Of a stretch of DNA of 64,000 bases, positions 35,855 through 48,102 are shown piece by piece. Where the stretch lies: contig NC_092347.1 in the NCBI RefSeq assembly GCF_963676685.1, positions 89,590,001-89,654,000 of the forward strand, written 5' to 3'. The notes under the pieces were generated by a model. That model did no database searches, had not been told where the DNA came from, and saw only the letters and a list, made by a program, of their open reading frames with translations. How positions within the stretch are numbered: position 1 is the first letter of the stretch; every line of letters starts with the position of its first letter. Position numbers and translations under genes: made by a program. The DNA is from Mytilus edulis (taxonomy: Eukaryota).

Positions 35855-38800
35855 ATGTCGTCTGACAGCAGAGGATGTCGCCTACTTTCAGATTTAAACA
35901 GCGTATTTCGGAAGGACCCCGAGATGTAATTAAAAACTGTAAATTAAGCCCCATTTCGAACAGTTTGGCATTTCAATAGGCGATGTAATTTCATTGAGAA
36001 AGCTTGCATTGAACCAAATTCTTCATAAAAACAGATGTAAACAAAGAAATTATTAAGATATTATGTCTTAACTCTCGGGACATTTCGGCCACATAACTTA
36101 TGTGGCCGAAATGTCCTGAGAGTTATTAACCATATCGTTAAGGTCGTTTCGGACACGGTCGATTCGGCCACACCTATACATCTATATGGGTAATCTGTAA
36201 TATGTTAAAATTTAAAGTTGTGTCATCCAAAATGTGCTCTTTTAAGGCAGCAACCATTTGATTTTCTGGGGGGGGCTATGGTTTTTTTATCTGTGCAAAC
36301 TTTTTTTTTCGCCTGCGGCGAAAAACAATCTATTTTTTTCGCGACAGGTCGAAAACAATTTTTTTCTTTCAATTTTAGCATTACATATAGTGGCAGCTGA
36401 GGGTGAAACAAACAATTTTTTTTTCTCAGAATCAAAAACAAATTATTTTTTTCTCCAAAAACTGGAAACAAACTTTTTTTTCCAAAAAAAACCATAGCCC
36501 CCCCCCAGAAAATCAAATGGTTGCTGCCTAATTAAAATCATATGCACAGGTGCCAAGGCAGATAAAAACATTTGTGTGCTGATTTACAGATATCTGTGTG
36601 CTATGAGGTTGGTCTTGAATGCTTCATAGTCGTCAATGTCCAATAGACTAGACAGCAATAAATGCGGTAGTTCATTCCAATTTGTGATGGTTCTTACGAA
36701 GAAGCTATGTTTTCTTTGTTCAGAACTTGATCCTAATCTGACAAATCGCCGTTGATGGAATTGACGCATCATTCTTGCTGGTGGTGTCAAGTATTCTGGA
36801 ATTGGAATTGCAATAAGTTGGTGGATTACTTTGTGAAAAAGGAGTAAACATGATGTTTTTCGTCTCTCCTATAGTCATGGTAGTTGTGGTAGTTTTAGGT
36901 TCTCTAATAAAGATGTTACTATGCCTGGGTCTTGAGAATACTCATGTCTGATGAATCTGGCTGCTCTACTTTGGACCATTTCTAGCTGTTGTATGTGTTT
37001 TTGGAGATGTGGGTCCCAGCTGGGAACAGTATATATCTATCAGTTAATATATGTTCCTGGTCCCAGAGACTGCTAGCATATACTTTTTCAAATTGTTCTT
37101 TATATTATATACACATTGTACTCTCCTATAAAAAAATATTATGTTAAATGTTTGATTTAGATGTTTGGTTTTATCAATCTAATATTTTGTTGAATTAATA
37201 ACTAAATTATTATATTAACATGATTAAGGTCACATTTATAATGATAAAAGATAAAATAATATAATTTTTGGGCTGTTCGGCGGTGTGCAGTGAGTTCAGT
37301 GGTGAAAAGACCTAAAGATATTGAGAGTTTGTTTTGAGAAAGAATATTTTACAACAAAAAGTCATTTTGTCAGAATGACGTACATCCATCTGCTGTGAAA
37401 GGAGAGGATATGTTACACATGATAAAGACATTAAAATAACAATTCCTGCTGACTTTTAAGGCTTGATTATCAATTTAAAAAAACAGAGAATAGAATGTAA
37501 TGTCTTAATCATAATACTTATAGTAAGAACCTTTTTACTACACAAATCCTGGTTCTAATTAAATATTAAGCACTGGGTAAGATTACACAAAGTATCTGAC
37601 AATAAGAATTCATTATAGCTATATAGTCACTTCTGAAATTGCTGCATTGTATTTCAGGACAGGGACCCATCATTATAATACGGATATTGCAGACCACTAT
37701 AGTATTTTTTTTTGGTCATATGTATTTATTGTTACTTTTAAAATTTCACATTTGCAAATTATGTCTTTTTTGATATATACAATTTTTGTAGCATCAGGAT
37801 ACATTGTTCTTTGTAAGGTCTTTGTGTCATTTCCCTGTATTTACATGTGATGTAACGTTGCTTTATGAGTTTCAATTGAGAATAGATTATATCTTTTACT
37901 TTTTGGATGTTGCTTTGGATTTTACTTCTATTTTTCAAGAATTTTTTCTAAACATGTACATGTATATATTTGTAACTGCACACAATTTGCATCTTGTTAA
38001 AATGACTTTGGAATCATTTTAAATGATCATTAAAACTTTGAAATGATATTAACTTTTCACTGACCTCAAATTGCACGTCACCCTCATTGGAATCCCTACT
38101 TAAGAATAGTAGGTTGTTTTAATCGACTTTGCTGTTCAAGATTGCCCAACAACTGTCAAACAATAGCAAACAATAGTTTGCACTTTGTCACTTATCTGCT
38201 CATTATCACATCTACAAAATGTATAATAACATACAGACGTGTTGAACTTCAAAGGAAATAGCCAAGGAAGTTGTTTCAGATACATATCCAGGATTTTGAA
38301 AAATGGGGGCCCAAACTATATGTGAAAAGTCTATGCATGAACCATATATGTAGCTGAACATGAATATGAAAGGAAGTTATTAACCAAAGCCCCTCACTTT
38401 GAATTTCATATATACCTTTCCACTAAGTTATTGAAAATTAACACTAAGTGACTCAGTATCGTGAATGATTTTGTCTGGATAAAACATCATTAGAACACAA
38501 AATGTGGAAGCCATGCATGCATATTATATAATATATTATAACATTTACATTTTGAATTATTTACAGTGATGAATATGACTTTCTACCAGTACTGGAACCC
38601 AAACACAACCGAAGTCCACTCATTCTACAAGACCATAAACTTGGACTTGAGATGTGGAGTGTCAAAATTCTTCATCATTATGCCTACAATACACTGATGA
38701 CATGGAGGATGAAAGAAGTTAATGCCAAATTCTTAGGTAAAACTACACGCAATACCATCTCAGTTATTCATTTAGTTTAGTTTAGAAAATCAAGAATAAA

Positions 38801-41800
38801 AGTCAATGCCAAATGCATGGTTTAGATATCAATTTCTTTATTTTAATGCATCATTAAATATTGGCTGTTAAATATAAAAATTAGAAAGGATATGGGCAAT
38901 GTTTCAAAGAGACAACAACCTGTCCAAAGAACAGAAAACAACTCAAGGCCACCAATGGGTCTTCAACACAGCAAGAAAATCCTGTACAGGAGGCAGCCTT
39001 CAGGTGACCCCTAAACAAAAAATGTAAACTAGTTCAGTGAAAATAGATGTCACACTCAATTCCAAAATATTTAAATGAACTAAATAAAAAAAGGTACAAG
39101 ACTTACAAATGCTAGAGGCTGGTGACTTGGGACTGGTGCAAAAAGAAACTTGTTTTGTGAAATCTCAATCCTCCCCTTTTACCTCTGGATTTAGAGCCAA
39201 CATAGAATAAACAAACACACAGCAATATGCACAGTTAAACACAGTTTAAAAGAAATGAAAGAATATCAAGTCCAATGTCAGAATACATGTAGGTAACAAA
39301 ATGTTGCCAGCTAAAATGAGTGTATTATATTTTACTTGTTTATGTTTTACAGGTCAATTGGATTTAATAAATCTAACTAGAGCAATAGTGTTAGTCAATC
39401 CAGATTGTTCTACTGCATGGAACATCAGGTAGGGTTTGAAATAATCATTAAATCAATTAAGCAATTAAATATAATCATTTATATATACATTTCTTCAAAA
39501 TAAAATTTTTTTTCATATTATTGGGCAGGCACCGCTAATATTGCCCTTCAATTTTGAGTCTTCAAATAAAGTCCCTAGAATGGAGTGTACTTCTACCATT
39601 TTTTTTTAATTCAGCTATCCAAATTATATTGTACTGTTTTATGCTTAAAATTGCAAAGAGGGAGATACAATTTTACTGTAAAAAAAATAAAGCCATGCAT
39701 TTATGGTAAAAGGTAAATTACATTGTATGTGGTTGAGTTGATAAAAGTAAAACATAAGTATGTGTAAAGCTGACCACTCTGAAAATAAATGATTTATCCC
39801 AGGCCCTTGTTTTTCCTCTAACAAAAGTTGCCCAAAATGAAATAGTGTAATATGTTGCATAGAAAGTATTGTTTGTAAAACCCTCTCTCCTTGCATTCAC
39901 TTCATATTGGTTTCTATTCACCTTGAACTTAAAGCATGTCACTTTCTTTATGGTCATGGTATAATATGTTAGTGCTATACATTATTGTATATAGCAAAGA
40001 CCTTTTCATGATTTAGATTGCATGCAATATAACAACAAGGAGATCAGGTATGATTGCCAATCTGACCAATATCCACCAAAATCCAAAAGAAAAGGATGAA
40101 AGCAATTATAGCCAACCGTACATCTTGTACAATGAGAAAACCCCATACCATATTGTCTGCAATAAAAGGCATTTGAAAAATCTAAAACAATTAAACTGAG
40201 AAAACAAATTAATAGAGCAATACTTTTGTATTACAGAAAAGAATTAATAGAGAATGGTGACCTATCAGTAGCAGATGATTTGAAACTTGGAGCATTGGTA
40301 CTGGGAAAGCACCCCAAAAGTCCAGAAACTTTCAGTCACAGGTATAGATAAATAAACAAAGAGCTAAAAGTCCACTAACCTGTCACAAGTAACAATAACA
40401 TTCAAAAACATTTATAAACTTCAGTTACAGATGACAAGATCAATTTAAAATAGGGGAATAGAATATCTTAGAGTTGAAGATTTCCATTGAACTCAATGTT
40501 TAACTCAAAACTTTCATTCAGTGAAAAGTAAAAATATTATTCAGCAGGATGTTTCTTTCCAAATAACTGAATTTTCATGAGTTATCCCCCCTCTCACAAT
40601 TCAGCCTTCACATAGAACATTTGTAGAATGTCAAATAAAAAGAATAAGACAAAATTTCAAATTAATTGGTTGATAAGGAATATGAAAATTTTTTAATCAC
40701 AAACATTGTAGGATGTTCACTATAAAAGAAGTACTTGAAAATATTTGAAGAAAAAAAACACAAACTTCATAAGCCAAAAGAATTCTCATGAAATTGTAGA
40801 TAAAGATAAACTAAAGTATGGTGTAAATAGTTAGCATATAATAAAATTTGTTTATAAGTGGTTGTGTAGATGACCTTTTGTGATTTCTGTTTACAGGAAA
40901 TGGTTATTCACGACCTTGGTAGATTCATGCCTAGCCAACAGCAGTGGGAGTACTGTTAGTAATAGTAGTGTTAATATGTACAATAATTTTGTTAATATGG
41001 ACGCTATAGATGTCAACTTAGATCCCAATGTACAGAACGGATTTAATGTTGATCCTTCATTAAAGCAACCAGACTTCCAAGAACATGCATTTAAAGAACT
41101 CAGAAACTGTCAAAAAGCTAGTGATAAATATCCTTCAAATTATAATGCTTGGAGTCATAGGATATGGGTTGTTAAACATTGCTTAAATTGTTCACTACAG
41201 GTAAGATACCATTTTCTGATGTGTATATTTTACAAGATTTTAACATGATGTATCACTTTGGTTATGTTAACACAACTGTTCATTAAGGAGGCTCGAGGGT
41301 ATAAAAATTTCAGAAAAAAATCAAACATTTGTTTTTCATTACAAAATTTGTTTATTTCCTTTTGTAGTTGTTACTTTATCATATGGTACAAAAATCATTC
41401 AAAACAATCAATTCGTGTTGGCCCCAGATGACTTTCAAAATGTATACATCATTGAAAAAGTTCCAAATTATCTCCCTTTGGTGGAAAAATGCCATTTTGT
41501 GGCTCTAAAATTGAAATATCTTTCAACTTATCTGTGACCTATCTTTTTTAATATAATTTCCACATAAGCTGTACTTAAACTAAATAATTGTAAAATTTTA
41601 GCGATTTCTGTAATAAATTTCTTTTTTTTATTTCGATATTACCTTTATTTCTCCTATTACTTCAACAGAAAAAAAAACACCTTTACAAAAATGTATGCTT
41701 CTTTCGAAGGCAGATTGTGAGCGCAAATGAACGGGGACCCAACTTTTCATGCCCCACCTACGATAGTAGAGGGGCATTATGTTTTCTGGTCTGTGGCTCT

Positions 41801-43835
41801 GTTCGTTTGTTCGTCCGTCCGTCCGTCCGTTCGTTCGTTCGTCCCGCTTCAGGTTAAAGTTTTTGGTCAAGGTAGTTTTTGATGAAATTGAAGTCCAATC
41901 AACTTGAAACTTAGTACACATGTTCCCTATAAAACAATCTTTCTAATTTTAATGCCAAATCAGATATTTACCCAATTTCAAAGTCCATAAAACATGGAAA
42001 ATGATAGTGCGAGTGGGGCATCCATGTACTTTGGACACATTCTTGTTTATTTTATTTTTCTATTAACTATAAGATAAAGTTCATTTATAGAAAACTATAG
42101 AGAAATCTTATATAAATGATTTAGACCCGCGAACCCCCTTAACAGCATAAATATTATAGACACATACATGCAACCTACATGTTAATGGAAAACAATTTAT
42201 TGCATGAAATTGATGAACCTTACCTATGTACATAAAAAATGTAATTAACTGCACGAAATACATTTACATGTGTGTCAAAGGAAAATAATTTATTCATTTT
42301 ATTGCATAAAAAACATTAACTTGTGTATCAAAGAGAATAATGTATGTATATAAGAAAATATGATTGCATGTTTGTCAAACGAAAATAACGTATTGCACAG
42401 AATATGTGAACCTATAATTTGAATTTACAATAGTAAGAAATACATGAAACTATGTATCAAAAGAAAACAATTTATTGTATGAAATACATGAACCTATTTA
42501 GCAGTGCTACTTAAACTTAAAAACATTCTCCAAAACATGTAAAACAGGAACATAATTGTCAATTATCAAAAATATTTTTTATGTTACAGGTCTTATTTGG
42601 TGAACTACATACGACTGAAAGCTGGGTATCTAAACACATCTCTGACCATAGTGGTTTTCATTATAGACAATTTTTATTGACAAGTTTACAAAAACAGTCT
42701 ATAGATCTGAAGGAACAATTTTCTGTCTGTTATAAACATTTAATACAGAAAGAACTTGCTACAACTACAGATCTGATCAAATGTTATGAAGGGCATGAAG
42801 CTCTCTGGTACCATAGGTAGGTTTGTTATGATGGAGGTGAGGCTCTCTGGAATGACAATTGCTCATTCTACATGTTCTAAAGAACCTGAAATGTCTGCAA
42901 TAGTTTCGGTTTAAAATTTTTGTTTCCCAGGCACTTACTTATTGTTTTACGATACTTTTAATCACAAGTTGGGATGTACTAACAATTACAATGTTTGTAA
43001 CTTCTTGTTTGCTACAAATTCATAAATAGAAACTTACACCAGCTAACTTTAAGATTCAGCAACATCTGAATAATTCTTCAAAAAAAAATCAAAAAAGAGA
43101 TACAAGTTATTAATATACAGTGGTTTCAAAACTGATTTATGAATATTTTACTGTTGAATGGTGAGACAAACATTGTACTTGCTCTTTTTATCATTGAAGA
43201 AATAAAAAAGTTAAAATGATGACAAAAAATTGTCGGACCTAGCTTCTGGAGAAAAAATGTTTGCCTTCATTTCTATCTCATTGATACTGTGGATTCATTT
43301 ATTTTTGTGGGAACCAATTTTTGTGGAATAAGAAAAAAAAATGTATTTTCTTTGTTATTTGATTTCAAGGTTTTACAAAAGTTTGCATAACAGCCTACAG
43401 AAAATAAATATAAGGTCTGTGGACATTTAAATTTGTGGTTCACCTGTACTCTCCAAATACAAACAAAAAAAATATTCATCAAATAATAATGAATCCACAG
43501 TATTTGATAATTGATGTTGTTAGTATTTGAATTTAAATTTTATTAGATTTTGATATTTTTGTTTCAGGAGATATATATTCCAGAATCTTTGTCAGAGTTA
43601 CTCAGCGGGTACCTTAGTAGAACTATTTCATCCACAACATGAATATGAAGATGATATTGTGTTGAACATTAGCCAAAAGAAAACAAAACTGGAAAATGAG
43701 AGACAAGTACTTCTTCTTAAAGAAATAGACACTGTTACAAAAAGTGATTTAATCAGTAAAGATAAATTTCATAAAACTTTGGCACAGAAATACATTGACT
43801 GGATACAAAAATTTTCAAGGTCATTGGAGAGCTAA
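35855..43835 (+). CDS. PTAR1: protein prenyltransferase alpha subunit repeat-containing 1 (GGTase-III alpha); exons 35855-35925, 38567-38736, 39353-39428, 40237-40341, 40897-41200, 42590-42816, 43568-43835 (406 aa)
   Basis: All introns GT-AG, total 1221 nt. Motifs NRSPLILQDHKLGLEMW, NPDCSTAWNIRKELI, KHPKSPETFSHR, YPSNYNAWSHRIWV, HISDHSGFHYRQFLL and GHEALWYHRR match recalled PTAR1. Confidence 0.95.
36069..36125. repeat. 57-bp near-perfect palindrome in PTAR1 intron 1
   Basis: TAACTCTCGGGACATTTCGGCCACATAA-C-TTATGTGGCCGAAATGTCCTGAGAGTTA: 28-bp arms with one G/T mismatch. Confidence 0.9.
36246..36528. mobile_element. PIF/Harbinger-type (Tourist-like) MITE
   Basis: TAA TSD; about 42-bp near-perfect TIRs GGCAGCAACCATTTGATTTTCTG(G)nCTATGGTTTTTTT. 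Confidence 0.88.
36584..37025 (-). mobile_element. LINE (CR1/L2-group-like) ORF2, 3' fragment
   Basis: WDPHLQKHIQQLEMVQSRAARFI ... SFFVRTITNWNELP, with internal stops. Confidence 0.8.
41287..42138. mobile_element. Kolobok-like element with a nested HINE-like insertion
   Basis: TTAA flanks; imperfect TIR GGAGGCTCGAGGGT / ACCCGCGAACCCCC. Confidence 0.75.
41744..42047 (+). mobile_element. short HINE/DINE-1-like element
   Basis: 5' hairpin ATGCCCCACCTACGATAGTAGAGGGGCAT; (GTCC/GTTC)n microsatellite; 3' subTIR GTGGGGCAT; CTTGTT end in a T-rich site. Confidence 0.8.
43287..43500. mobile_element. Tc1/mariner-type MITE
   Basis: TA TSD; TIR CTGTGGATTCATT / AATGAATCCACAG. Confidence 0.8.
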
Positions 43836-45314
43836 TACCAGTTGTAAAGATCGTTGGAAATCTTGTTACAGAACTGAATACAAACTGGATAAAAAGATTA
43901 CTGTTGATTCATTCATTTTTGTGTGATCAATGATAGATTTTGTAATTTAAATATAAAAACTGGGTAACTGACCTTGTTTTTTTCGTTTAAATACATTGAT
44001 ATTAAAGAAATCACAGTTATTTCATTTTGCTTATATCATGTATATAGGGGAACTTCAATTTTACGTATTAAGGAAAGTTTGAAGGATAGAATTGGTTAAT
44101 ATTCAATGAGAACATTGCATCTCATAGATGCTTTGAAATATTAAATAGTAAGAGAGGGTCACTGGTTTGATATTCTCAAAAATTAAAAACACAAATTGTC
44201 CTATCAAATTCAATATAGTTATCTCCCCTTGAGGCATCATCAATAATATTGGCTTATGACATCAATCTGTTCTCACCCTTATCAAATGAAAAAATGATCT
44301 CAGTCTAGTAGCATTAGACTGGAAATGATCCCATAGAAATATCAATGAACCATAAAAATAGCAATAAAGATACCGTACCTATGTCTTGGTATTGCTTGGA
44401 TCATTTACACAATGTAAGGATGAACTTTTATGTTGTAGAACTGACTGAAGGTGTTGAACTGTTGTGTTACTCTGTCTTGTAATTGTTTGTATGCATTATA
44501 AGTGGAAACTTTACCCTATTTAGGCCTATTAGTAAACAAACAATCATACCATGCCAACGTTCCCTTGAAATATAGATGTATTTACACTTGTATGCACATT
44601 TTTCTGCAATTAGTTATAGCTACACAAGCTCCAACAAAATTTTGTATCAAAATAAAAACATTTGGTGTCCAAATCAAAAAGTAGTTGTTGTGTGATGTCA
44701 GAAGGTTATTCTGAACTAGTTTGATGGTCAGTCAGAGCAAGTTCACCTAAATACCCAAAACTGTAAATACATCTAATGTAGTATATGCATAAATGAGTAT
44801 TGAATGCTATCCTTAGAGTACACTTATTCACCAGTAATACTGTCTAGCAAATTTGTGTATATTTTGTATCAAATGTTTTATTATATTTCACTGTTCTGGC
44901 CATGTTTGGTAGGCAGTTACTTTTATAAAATTTCTCAAACAGTAAACTTTAACAATAAAAATGTATTGCTGAACATAAAAGATATCTGGGTATTTTTAGC
45001 TGCTAAATTAGTATGTAGACACATGGTTGGGTGGAAGCTGTTGTTACTTATTGTAATATTGTGTAAGAATATTTCTGAACATGTATTTATTTTTGTTATC
45101 AGTCATTATTATTATCAAATAGGACAATTTAATGACAAAAGTTTTAAGAACTAATACTCGTTTTATTCATGACAGTTTTGCAAACAAATATTCAGGAATA
45201 ACATTGAATTTAGTCATGTGATGTTTTGATTTATGCATTATATTTTTCATTTTGTGAAGGAACGTGGAAGTAAATTGAATAATCTAGTTTTGATTTCAGA
45301 TTTCATTATATGAA

Positions 45315-45806
45315 TTCATATGGGGACGAAGTCCCCAATAACAGTAGAAAATTCAATAAAAAAAAAATAATAATAAAATAGGGAAAATTTCCTGAAATTT
45401 TCATTGTACTAATGAACTCAAAATCGTTCAATTTTTTTATGTCATGTTTTGAATTCCCGCATCTGCGCAGAAATCTACAATGTACTACCTTTTCCCGGTC
45501 TCGTTTGCATGAAAGTTTGAGTAAAATATATATTTATCAGTCTAGTATAAAATAGGAAGGAACGCAATATCAATTTCATTTTTAATAATTCCATGATATG
45601 AAAAAACATTACCTTATGATAGCGTTTCTTTGTTTACATTGCACATGACGTCATAACTTAAATAACGTCACAACTAAAATCCCTTACAACAGAACCAAAA
45701 TCGGAAACGTTAAGGTATTTCCGTTTTGAAATTAAGATATGTTTGAAATAAAAAAAAAATCAGACTTCGTCCCCTTTCACAGGTAATGCCTGCCTCATAT
45801 TAGTTT
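45315..45806 (+). mobile_element. HINE-like non-autonomous element
   Basis: 5' hairpin GGGGACGAAGTCCCC; 3' subTIR GACTTCGTCCCC; short 3' hairpin; TAGTT end. Confidence 0.6.
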
Positions 45807-46639
45807 CTTTGATATACTATTAAGTCTAAAAAATTAATATTTATAATACTTTTCTGTATGGTTGTGATTTTGAATTTTGACCAATTGTGTTATTGAGTTG
45901 ATAAATTTAATTTTACTTATAAAAGGTGAGAAAAAATATACAAAATATTTAAAACAAAAATGAATTGACTTATAGTCTTGTGATTATTTGTATGCAAATA
46001 GATCTGTTTATCCAAATATTGTTTTGTCTAAATTCACTACACTGCAGAACACATTTATAATATAATATGCATGGATAAATTTCATTTAAAGCAACAAATG
46101 TTTATTTCCCTTATATAAAATTAGGGCATATGTTTTAAAGTGGTACATGAAACAAAGTTCATGACACATTTTGTTTTGGCAGAGTAGTATATATTTACAT
46201 CTTACTAGTAGCAAGAATCTCAGCATGCAATTTTTTTATTTTCCACTTTCATGTTTAGCAATTGCCCCAAGCTTGAGGGTATTTTTTTTAAATACATAAT
46301 ATATGAACACTTATTCAAAACACAATAATTAGACAGATGCCATCTCATTATTTATACCAAGTTTATTATTGTGTTGTTATATAACCTTTTGGTTAATAGA
46401 AAATATTGGTTTTCATTGATAATAATGTTTTGCCCTGACATTTCAGAGCATATGCAATCCAATAAAAATGCATAACATTTGTAGTTTTATTTCCCAAAAT
46501 GTAGAAAAGTGTGATTAATTCGTGTTAGTTCAGGTAAAGATACGCCCAAACATGTACTATAAGAACAAGTACACATAGTTTAAATCTTCACAATATATAA
46601 TTATTACCTTCGCTGTATGGGGCAAAACTTTTTTTGTCA

Positions 46640-46768
46640 ACTTGTACTTTATTTGGCCTTTTTAACCTTTTTTTGATTCGAGCCTCACCGATGAATCTTT
46701 TGTAGACGAAACACATGTCTGGCGCAAATATAAAATTTCAATCCTGGTATCTATGATGAGTTTATTTG
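46640..46768 (+). mobile_element. hammerhead-ribozyme-bearing repeat, mutated core
   Basis: GAGCCTCA-CCGATGA-ATCTTTTGTAGAC-GAAA-CACATGTC-TGGCGC. Confidence 0.75.
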
Positions 46769-47522
46769 CATATGATTTATTATAAATTATGTAAAATGTC
46801 ATTTCATAACTAAATATGTTACATTATATAATGTATGTACAAGAAAGCCTGATCTTACTATCATATATAAATGCAACCTCCACAATTTAGTATTCATATT
46901 TCTTGTATTGATATATCTATACTTATAATGGTTTTCTTTTACAAATTATGACTTGGATAGAGATTTGTCTCATTGGCACTCAAACCACATCTTCTTATAT
47001 CTACTTATAAACTTTTTCTCAGATAAATGGTACAGTTCCTTGTAAAACAAGAGTAATTGTTTTTACATCCTTCATACAGTGATTTGCATGTAAGATAAGA
47101 CAAAGCTACACAAAATAGAATATGATTTTTTTTCACAACAATCTTTTAAAATTGCATTTATATTCATTTGCACATGAAAAATCCAATGAAATATATGTTA
47201 TATGATGAGACAGCAACCCAATACAACAATATAAGCACTGTATTGCAGCATCATGCCATTGTCAACAAGGTGATTAACCCAAGAAAGTTAACTCACATTT
47301 AATGACATTTTAATTCTGAAAACTCCAGCCAGACCCTCATATAAAGTATAAATTATATATATGATAATATATAATTACTGCTAAATGAGGATTTTTAATG
47401 ATTTAATTATTCCTAAAATAACAACGAATGTGCACATTTCAATTTTGATAGCATTTGACTTCATGCAGCATTTTCAGAAATGATGATAATTTATTTTTCA
47501 TTTTTTTTTTCTTTTCTTTAAA

Positions 47523-48102
47523 AGGAGTAGGTCCGGTAAGGACCGATTTTGGCCTCAAATTTCAGGTTCATCTGACGAAAGATTTTGACCACTTTTTAAA
47601 CACTTAAGTGTCTATCTTATTTGAATTAATTAGTTTATGTGAAAGATTTTAACAGATTTAGTCATTAAAAACTATCCGATTCAAGCTCAAATATGAAAAA
47701 TCTACCTAATATGCCGAAAAATGTCACTTTTCAGATGGTTTTTGGTAAAAATGAAAGTGGCCGCATCCGTGTTCATCCTCAACCTTTATATATGTTATGT
47801 TTTATCATTAAGTACAACTTACATTTCAATATAAAGGATGAACACGAATGCGGCCACTTTCGTTTTACACGAAAACGGTCTAAAATTTAACTAAAATGCT
47901 AGAATTATGAGGATTTCAGTAATTTAGCATGACTTAATGGTGCTAGTACCGGATATATGTGCATTGTATTGTCAAAAACAGCCCATATTTATGTAGCAGA
48001 AGCATTCTACTGTCCAATAAATAACTAAAGGTTTACATTTTAACAATTTTGTAAAACTGCTATATTTTGGGGCCAAAAAGGGGTCTTACTGGACCTACTC
48101 CT
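47523..48102. mobile_element. Kolobok-like non-autonomous DNA transposon
   Basis: TIR AGGAGTAGGTCCGGTAAG / CTTACTGGACCTACTCCT; imperfect TTAA-like flanks; internal inverted repeat 47750-47780 / 47835-47866. Confidence 0.75.

Noticed and set aside
35405-35929. 174-aa ORF spanning the PDCD7-PTAR1 promoter
   Set aside because: Only the last 24 codons (from ATG 35855) are PTAR1 exon 1; the rest is chance read-through.
38885-38893. Other ATATCCTTT matches (here and near 51882)
   Set aside because: Single copies, antisense to PTAR1 or inside a PLE relic; consistent with chance.
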